Assembly: GCF_006345805.1 (NCBI RefSeq)
Contig: NC_043003.1
Span: 63,302,001-63,366,000, forward strand
Length of the DNA: 64,000 nucleotides
DNA from: Octopus sinensis
Taxonomy: Eukaryota
Direction of reading: 5' to 3'
Both the position numbers and the translations under genes were made by a program. Each line of letters begins with the position of its first letter. Position 1 is the first letter of the stretch. Below are positions 53,571 to 62,147 of this stretch, piece by piece. A model generated the notes under the pieces. That model searched no databases and was not told the origin of the DNA. It worked only from the letters and a program-made list of their open reading frames with translations.

Positions 53571-55771
53571 TGGTTCCTTGGCAGACAAGTTTGTTGGAAA
53601 CCATTTTAATACAGGGGTTGGAATGTCTATGTGGTTATGAAGCTTGCTTGCAACCGGTGGATTGGGGGTTCTGCAACTGCATGGTAAGAAGTTTGCTTCT
53701 CAACCACATGGTTCTGGGTTCAGTCCCTCTGCGTAGCACCTTGGGCAAGTGTATTTTATAGACAGGTCAACCAAAGCCTTGTGAGTGGATTTGGTAGATG
53801 GAAACTGAAAGAAGCCCATGGTATACATGCACACAAACACACACACATATGTAAATATATATGCCTCTATGTTTTAGAATGTTCCCACTATCATCGTTTG
53901 ACAATCAGTTTTGGTTTGTTTATGTCCCTATAACTTAGCAGTTTGGCAAAAAAGACTGATAGAATTAGTACAAAACTTGATGGAAAAAGGTAGATACTGG
54001 GGACAATTTGTTTGACTAATCCCTTCAAGGCAGTGCCCCAGCAAGACCACAGCCCAATGACTACAGCAAGTAAAACAAAAATGATATTCTGTACCTCACA
54101 TATGTGTTTTTTCTGTTTATTTAATGATTTCTTTCTTTCTTTCTTTATATATTTATTTATGTGAAAATGGTAAGGTGTTGTTTGAGGGAAATTTGAATGC
54201 TATCTCCAACGTTTCAGTCAACTACATAATGGCGCCCTCATTATCTCATTCGCACATTAGTTTGAACTTCTGTATCATTATAATTTGATGTCATCAATGG
54301 CATTAGTTTGAACTATTAATTCATTAACTCAAACTAATATTGCTTAATGATTTAGCTTGAAGTATGATTGTAACTTTGGGGTAGAATCACGAATAGATTA
54401 AATATATTATTTATATTAACAAATTAGTCAAGTAATCTTAAGTAGCCATTATAGATAATATAGAATATAAGCTAGTAATGCATATTTACGTAATTATTCT
54501 CTTATGGATCTTCAATATAACATAGAACTTGAATTAGTTAATAACTAGACCATATTAGCCATTACTAGATTTAAATTGTGTTCTACATATTAAGATGGAC
54601 AACAGAAAAAATTTTCAGAAAATATTTAGAGTTTCTAAGAAGACTATTTTTATGTTATATATATTTATATATATATATATATATATATATAGGCGAACAA
54701 ACCCTTAAAACTCTTATAACTAGACAATATTTGAACTTATGACATGAAAAGATTTGAAAGTGTCTCATCAATCATTATTCAATTTCCTCTAGAAGGAACA
54801 AAACAGACTTATTTTGTCAATATTATATATGAGGATTACAGGGTTGATTAATGTGGCGAAAAATCAAACCCTGTATATTTATCAGAGATAATACTAACTT
54901 TATATCTTAACACTATTGACAAAAGCATGAGAATATAGATTTTGGAGAAAGTAGAGGGGAATGTATGTCCAATTTTTGGAGATGATTTCACTTATTTGAC
55001 CTCAGTGTAAAAGGTGAGGAGAAGAATGTTAACAAAATAACCTTTTGACTCAAACATCAGTGGAGTTGGATGTTATTACCAAAGAGAAGATTTATTTCCC
55101 TCCTTCACTAAAGATTATTTATTCATTTCCATATAACTACTGGTTAGGGTCAGTGAAATTTATTAAGTAGAACAGATCAGATATATCTTCATCTTTATAG
55201 ACTCTGCTGTATAGAATAGCAGTGAGATTTAAAACATCAACTTAGTTGTTATTAAACATTGATAAATAAATAGTAAGCACTTTCATAAAATGAACTCAGT
55301 TTGAATTATTATTACAAGCATTTTAATGTTCTCTTATACACGAAAGATAATTTGCTCATTACATGATAATCCAGTTATTTGAATGTATCTAAACATCACC
55401 AAATAGTTGAAAACAATGCCAAAATTGTCAATAGAAAATAGAATGGTGGAACTGACATCTAATCTTTATTATACAAAGCATACATCTCACAAATGTTTAA
55501 GCTAAACAATTTTATACACACTTCAATAATGTACATACATTAATGAATAACATTTAGAAAAGAATTTCTCTAGTTAGTATTCAGTCCATGTCTCCTGGCT
55601 TCTTAGAAGATACCATCTAGGCTTGAAAGATATCAAACAGCTGAAGAATTTCAGAGTTCAGTTTCCTTTAGTTCAATTACTATTATCTAGAAGTAAACGC
55701 AGACGAGTTAGATAGGTTATGTTATATGTATATATATATATATGTTGTACTATGCTACTGTGATATACATA

Positions 55772-55821
<50 letters not shown>

Positions 55822-55823
55822 TG

Positions 55824-55889
<66 letters not shown>

Positions 55890-57615
55890 GAAGAAATAAG
55901 TGATATAGATATCTACTTTATACAGCTCAACCAATTAGTGCTCTTATAGAGCTTCAGGAATATGAAATTTAAGAGGAGAGAAAACAAGTTCAGGAATATG
56001 GAGAAACAATTCCTTGGTCTGTCCATAAAATATACATCGACCTTTGAATTTGTTTTCTCTCCTCTTTAATTTTATATATATATATATATATATCATCATC
56101 ATCATCATCATTGTTTAACGTCCGCTTTCCATGTTAGCATGGGTTGGACGGTTCAACTGGGGTCTGGGGAGCCCAAAGGCTGCACCAGGCCAGTCAGATC
56201 TGGCAGTGTTTCTACAGCTGGATGCCCTTCCTAACGCCACTATATACACACACACACACACACATACACACATTTATATATATCGCAGAAGCATTGTACT
56301 ATATATATTCATGCAACTCTCCTAAGTTTACTTCTATATATATATTTATATACATACATTCATACATACATACGTATATATATATACAAATCCAGAAAAT
56401 GGAACAAGAACGCAACAGGCGACAATAAAACATCCGGACAGATAGATGATATGTGTGTGTGTGTGTGTGTGTATACTACTACTACTACTACTAGATAAAC
56501 TCAATTGAATGAGGGCGACAGCTTAAAATTCAGAATGAGAAAAAACCCTTGCTAGACACGAAAAAATGTGTAATTAATCTCCACTTATTAGAAACTATGT
56601 CAATAAATAAAAATTAACAAATTAGCAAATGTATAAATCCCTAGGGGTATCATGATAATTATAAATATGATATTAAATTACATTATATGTCCATAACTAA
56701 CTAAATGTATTCTTTACAGTTTACATTTTTCAAGCTAAGAAAGGTCACTTAAATAAATTATCTAAATTAATATAATTACAAAAAACTAAACTATTTATTA
56801 AATAATTTTGAATAGAAAAATTTGTAAAGTTGAAAAATTGAATCCCTCTTGAGATTATAAAATGTTTCTGCAAGCAAGTACTAGAAAAAGAAGTGTTCCA
56901 TGACTAATAGTGCCAAAAGTTGTTTTATGATTGTAAAAAACTTAATAGTAAGATAAGGTGGCCAGAATTTTTTGAAAATTTTGATAATCAGTAAGAGACA
57001 GATTGCTGAGTTGAAGAATGATAAAATAGGATAGAGGATAATTATAGCTGTGTATATTTTGTAGATGGAAGCCAGACAAGGTATGTGCCTGGAGGAGAGA
57101 AAAAGCTGATGAATTGTGATTATATATTCCAAGCACATATTATATTAAAAATAATCTAGAAAACTATTAGGTGAGGATTTGATGAAAATTGAGGGTGTAT
57201 AATCAGGGAAAAGTCATAAAAAAATGGAAGAAGTGTGACAAAAAGACTGATGCATTAATAATAGTGAATTAAAAGTGAGCTAAAAGAAGAGTAAGAATGA
57301 AATACTTGGAACTTTCATCAGAAAGATTGATTTAGAAATGAAAGACAGGACAAACAAAGAAATAAGAATGAATAAGATGAGGACAGTTAACTAACAAGAA
57401 TTTTATATACCTGTTTAGATTTAGAAAAATTATTTAATGTTAACCCTTTTGTTACTATATTTCTCTTGAAATACTCTACCTTTGTTTTAATTAATTTCAA
57501 AAATAACGAAGAATTTAATGAAGTAACTATGTCATTCAGGTCTATATTTAAGAGATGAGGAATTATATACATTATTTACATTCGAAGGATATTTGTCCTC
57601 ATCTTGTTTGTTGTT

Positions 57616-57661
57616 AACACAACGTTTTCGCTGATATACCCTCCAGCCTTCGTCAGGTATC
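57616..57661 (-). ncRNA. Minimal hammerhead, unit A
   Basis: GATAC-CTGACGA-A-GGCTG..CAGC-GAAAACGTT-GTGTT; the stem II/GAAA junction is altered. Confidence 0.65.
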
Positions 57662-57843
57662 TTGGGGAAATTTCGAACCTGGGTTCTCATTCCTAAGGTA
57701 ATTTTCAATGTCATCAGTGGCAGCGGCATCATTATTATCCAATAGTCTTCATTTTCAGTTCTATATTTAAGAGATAAAGAATTATGTACATTATTTCCAT
57801 TATTTACATTCGACGGATATTTGTCCTCATCTTGTTTGTTGTT

Positions 57844-57886
57844 AACACGTTTCGGCTGATATACCCTCCAGCTTTCTTCAGGTGTC
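57844..57886 (-). ncRNA. Minimal hammerhead, unit B (3-nt deletion in stem III)
   Basis: GACAC-CTGAAGA-A-AGCTG..CAGCC-GAAAC-GTGTT. Confidence 0.6.
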
Positions 57887-57933
57887 TTGGGGAAATTTTG
57901 AACCTGGGTTCTAATTCCTAAAGTATTTTTCGA

Positions 57934-57970
<37 letters not shown>

Positions 57971-58526
57971 GAGTGAGAGAGCAGTTCATGCCATCAAAGT
58001 GACACTGGGGTAAAATATACGAAGCCCAATATACCCATCATGACTACCCGTCTGATAAAGGTACACCAGGCACATGCATCACAACCATATGTGCGCGACA
58101 TGGTGATCTCATATCAAGATAAACAGCACATGACCTTGCAGGTGGGGCCCAGTTAGAATTTTCTTCAGGTTGAGTAGCCCATCCCGCTCAAACGGTCCCT
58201 GAATAAGGGTTGCTTAAGGATGTTGAAAGAACCACCCATGTTTCCAGAGGTGAACTATTCAAACCCCAAGAATCCCTCTCAACACATGGCTATGATGCTC
58301 CCCCACTACTTCTGCTCGTGATCAGAGATGCACATATCGTCAGCCACTAAGGGACATGCTCAACTGGTAAGGTCAAACAACTGACAAGCAAATCTGTGGT
58401 ATTGAGCAGAATATTTGCTGTAGCCCATCTTTTATACCAAGACAAAACAATGTACATGATAACACTTCCAATCAGTTAAGATCAGAAGCCATGAGAGCCA
58501 CTGCCTGGTACTGCATCAGGGCATTT
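57971..58526 (-). mobile_element. ~550-bp non-coding element in (AAT)n, copy 2
   Basis: Same 5' end (AAATGCCCTGATGCAGTACC) and 3' end (CTCTCACTC-AAT) as 32585-33133. Confidence 0.85.
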
Positions 58527-58532
58527 ATTATA

Positions 58533-58563
<31 letters not shown>

Positions 58564-58711
58564 TATTATTATTATTTATTATTATTACTATTATTATTAT
58601 TATTATTCAATAGTCTTCTTTTTCAGTTCTATATTTAAGAGCTGAGGAATTATGTACATTATTTACATTATTTACATTCGACGGATATTTGTTCTCATCT
58701 TGTTTGTTGTT

Positions 58712-58757
58712 AACACAACGTTTCAGCTGATATACCCTCCAGCCTTCATCTGGAGTC
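58712..58757 (-). ncRNA. Minimal hammerhead, unit C (U4A)
   Basis: GACTC-CAGATGA-A-GGCTG-GAGGGTATAT-CAGCT-GAAACGTT-GTGTT. Confidence 0.7.
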
Positions 58758-58857
58758 TTGGGGAAATTTCGAACCTGGGTTCTCATTCCTAAGGTATTTT
58801 TCAATGTTGTTGCTGTTGTTATTGTTGTTATTGTTATTATTATTATTATTATTATTA

Positions 58858-58906
<49 letters not shown>

Positions 58907-58943
58907 AGTCACTGTCTTAACCACTATGCCATATGCCCCCACA

Positions 58944-59018
58944 GGGCATATGGCGTAGTGGTTAAGAGCACTGGCTACAAACCCCAAGATTCCAAGTTCA
59001 ATTCCAAACAGTGACCTG
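58944..59018 (+). promoter_or_regulatory. tRNA-derived head with Pol III A and B boxes
   Basis: A box TGGCGTAGTGG (58951-58961) and B-box-like GTTCAATTCC (58996-59005), followed by (AAT)n and the hammerhead unit. Confidence 0.7.
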
Positions 59019-59027
59019 AACAAAAAC

Positions 59028-59080
<53 letters not shown>

Positions 59081-59129
59081 CATCGAAAAATACCTTAGGA
59101 ATGAGAACCCAGATTCAAAATTTCCCCAA

Positions 59130-59165
59130 GACACCTGATGAAGGCTGGAGGGTATATCAGCTGAA
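59130..59165 (+). ncRNA. Hammerhead, unit D (intact CTGATGA, stem III deleted)
   Basis: GACAC-CTGATGA-A-GGCTG..CAGCT-GAA, then a deletion relative to unit C. Confidence 0.6.
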
Positions 59166-59410
59166 CAAACAAGATGAGGACATATATCTGTCAAATGTAA
59201 ATAATGTAAACATTGTCATTATTAAGTTCGTATTTAATGTTGTGAAGGTCAATTTTTGCCTTTCATCTATTTCAGGGTCAATGAAATAAGTGCCAGTTAA
59301 CCACTAGGGTCACTGTAATTGACAAGCCCCTCCCCCAAAATTTCAGGCCTTGTGCCAGTCATAGAAAGGATTATTAGGTTGGTATTTGGAATATAAATTA
59401 ACATGATATA

Positions 59411-59601
59411 GACGTAGGAGTGACTGTGTGGTAAGTAGCTTGCTTACGAACCACATTGTTCCGGGTTCAGTCCCACTGTGTGGCATCTTGTGTCTTCTTC
59501 TATAGCCTTGGGCTGACCAAAGCCTTGTGAGTGGATTTGGGAGACGGAAACTGAAAGCCCATTGTATATATGCATGTGTATATGTATATATATATATATA
59601 T
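59411..59601 (+). mobile_element. SINE family 1, 5' half (host of the RTE insertion)
   Basis: Head GACGTAGGAGTGACTGTGTGGTAAG..GGTTCAGTCC up to the (TA)n, where the RTE tail begins. Confidence 0.8.
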
Positions 59602-59881
59602 ATCATCATCATCGTCGTTTAACGTCCGTTCTCCATGCTAGCATGGGTTGGACGGTTCGACCGGGGTTCTGGGAAGCCAGAAGGCTGCACCAGGATCCAG
59701 TCTAATTTGGCAATGTTTCTACAGCTGGATGCCCTTCCTAACGCCAACCACTCCGTGAGTGTAGTGGGTGCTTTTTACGTGCCACCTGCACAGGTGCCAG
59801 GCGGGGCTGGCAACGGCCACGGTCAGATTGGTGTATTTTATGTGCCACCGGCACGGAAGCCAGTCGAGGCGGTGCTGGCAT

Positions 59882-60330
59882 CGGCCACGAGTCGGATAGT
59901 GCTTTTTACGTACCACCAGACCAGGGATCCTGGCTGGTTCAATTCGATTTCGATTTCGCTTGCCCCAACATGTCTTCACAAGCAAGGGGGGGTTGCAAGG
60001 GTGCCTGTCGTACGGTCGCATTGGAGTATTTTACGTGCCACGGCCACGAGTCGGATAGTGCTTTTTACGTACCACCAGACCAGGGATCCTGGCTGGTTCA
60101 ATTCGATTTCGAATTCGCTTGCCCCAACATGTCTTCACAAGCAAAGGGGGTTGGCATGGGTGCCTGTCGTACGGTCGCATTGGAGTATTTTACGTGCCAC
60201 GGCCCCGAGTCGGATAGTGCTTTTTACGTACCACCAGGCCAGGGATCCTGGCTGGTTCAATTCGGTTTCGATTTCGATTTCGATTTCGCTTGCCCCAACA
60301 TGTCTTCGCAAGCATGGGGGGTGGGATGGG
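59882..60330. repeat. ~2.8 x 159-bp tandem repeat in the RTE 3' UTR
   Basis: CGGCC.CGAGTCGGATAGTGC begins at 59882, 60041 and 60200. Confidence 0.92.
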
Positions 60331-60422
60331 TGTCTGTCGTCGGATGAGGTTCTATATCGACTTCGCTTGCCTCAACCGGTCTTTGTGTCCAAGGGAGGAA
60401 AGGCATTCATAAGTGGCTGGGC

Positions 60423-62147
60423 TCACTTGTCCTGCCTGGTCTTCTCACGTACAGAATATTTCCAAAGGTCTCGGTCTCTGGTCATTTCCTCAGTGAGGCC
60501 TAAAGTTCGAAGGTCGTGCTTCACCACCTCGTCCCAGGTTTTCCTGGGTCTACCTCTTCCACGGGTTCCCTCAACTGCTAGGGATCGGCACTTTCTCACA
60601 CACCTATCTTCATCCATTCTCGCCACATGACCATACCAGCGCAATCGTCTCTCTTGCACACCACAACTGATGCTTCTTAGGTACAACATTTCTCTCAAGG
60701 TGCTAACGCTCTGTCGAGTATGTACACTGACATTACACATCCATCGGAGCATACTGGCTTCATTCCTCACGAGCTTACGCATGTCCTCAGCAGTCACAGC
60801 CCATGTTTCGCTGCCATGTAGCATGGCTGTTCGTACACACGCATCATACAGTCTGCCTTTTACTCTGAGCGAGAGGCCTTTAGTCACCAGCAGAGGTAAG
60901 AGCTCCCTAAACTTTGCCCAGGCTATTCTTATTCTAGCAGTTACACTTTCAGCGCACCCACCCCCACTACTGACTTGGTCACCTAGATAACGGAAGCTAT
61001 CAACTACTTCTAGTTTTTCCCCCTGGAAAGTGACGGAAGTTGTTTTCTGCAGATTTTCGGAGGTTAATGCTCCCGAGCATCTGCCACATACAAAAACTAT
61101 CTTCCCAGTTAGCCTACCTTTGACATTGCTGCACCTCTTATGTGTCCATAGCTTACACTGGGTACATCTTATAGAGTTTCTACCTACACCTTTTCTACAG
61201 ATCGAGCAGGGCCATCTTCCTGAAGATATTTGTGGATTGTCTACCTTTCTACTTATTAGTACTTTGGTTTTAGCTAGGTTGACTCTAAGGCCCCTTGATT
61301 CTAAACCCTCCTTCCACACCTGGAACTTCTCCTCCAGTTCTGATAGTGACTCAGCAATAAGAGCAAGGTCGTCAGCGTAGAGGAGCTCCCAGGGACAGCC
61401 TGTCTTGAATTCCTCCGTAATTGCCTGGAGTACTATGATAAATAGGAGGGGGCTGAGTACTGAACCCTGGTGGACCCCAACCTCTACTTTGAATTCTTCT
61501 GTGTACATGTTGCCAACCCTAACCTTACTTACGGCATCTCTGTACATGGCTTGCACAGTCCTCACCAGCCATTCATCTATCCCTAGTTTCCTCATTGACC
61601 ACCAGATAAGGGATCGGGGGACCCTATCAAAAGCTTTCTCCATGTCAACGAAAGCCAGGTACAGGGGCTTATCTTTGGCTAGGTATTTCTCCTGCAGCTG
61701 CCTTACCAGGAATATAGCATCAGTGGTACTTTTTCCTGGCACGAACCCAAACTGCATCTCATCTAAACTAACTCTCTCTCTAATTAGTTGGGCTATGACC
61801 CTCTCCGTAACCTTCATTACTTGATCCAACAGCTTGATACCTCTGTAATTATTTGTATCTAGGACATCACCTTTACCTTTGTAGCAGTTGACTAGTATGC
61901 TGCTGCACCAGTCATTGGGTATGACTCCTTCGTGTATCACCTGGTTGACTATACGGGTGACTAGGTTATAGCCGACACTGCCAGATATTTTGAGCATCTC
62001 TGCAGTAATTCCTGATGGGCCTGGGGCTTTCCCTGTCTTCATGCTTCTAATTACCTTAGCTACCACGGAACTATCAACTCGGATAGCTGGTCCCTCTGTA
62101 GGGTCAACATTCGGCAGACTCTTCTTTATCCCATTCATTTTCCTCAT
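60423..62147 (-). CDS. RTE ORF C-terminal part: reverse transcriptase with PHD-like finger
   Basis: NNYRGIKLL, DMEKAFDRV, GVHQGSVLSP, LYADDLAL and FRYLG motifs, plus C4HC3 at 61077-61208. The listed start codon is an artefact of the frameshift. Confidence 0.95.
   Translation of the reverse strand: MRKMNGIKKSLPNVDPTEGPAIRVDSSVVAKVIRSMKTGKAPGPSGITAEMLKISGSVGYNLVTRIVNQVIHEGVIPNDWCSSILVNCYKGKGDVLDTNNYRGIKLLDQVMKVTERVIAQLIRERVSLDEMQFGFVPGKSTTDAIFLVRQLQEKYLAKDKPLYLAFVDMEKAFDRVPRSLIWWSMRKLGIDEWLVRTVQAMYRDAVSKVRVGNMYTEEFKVEVGVHQGSVLSPLLFIIVLQAITEEFKTGCPWELLYADDLALIAESLSELEEKFQVWKEGLESRGLRVNLAKTKVLISRKVDNPQISSGRWPCSICRKGVGRNSIRCTQCKLWTHKRCSNVKGRLTGKIVFVCGRCSGALTSENLQKTTSVTFQGEKLEVVDSFRYLGDQVSSGGGCAESVTARIRIAWAKFRELLPLLVTKGLSLRVKGRLYDACVRTAMLHGSETWAVTAEDMRKLVRNEASMLRWMCNVSVHTRQSVSTLREMLYLRSISCGVQERRLRWYGHVARMDEDRCVRKCRSLAVEGTRGRGRPRKTWDEVVKHDLRTLGLTEEMTRDRDLWKYSVREKTRQDK

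Larger units (their letters stand above)
57537..59208. mobile_element. tRNA-headed hammerhead tandem array, inverted composite with ~12-bp TSD
   Basis: Three ~230-bp units on the minus strand, one on the plus strand, and a central palindromic tRNA-like head. Flanked by AACTATGTCATT (57525-57536) and AACATTGTCATT (59209-59220). Confidence 0.8.

Noticed and set aside
58944-59018. Functional tRNA gene
   Set aside because: A/B boxes are present, but I could not fold a complete cloverleaf with an acceptor stem. Treated as a SINE head.
60670-61824. Plus-strand ORFs of 106-139 aa
   Set aside because: Antisense shadows of the RTE RT ORF.
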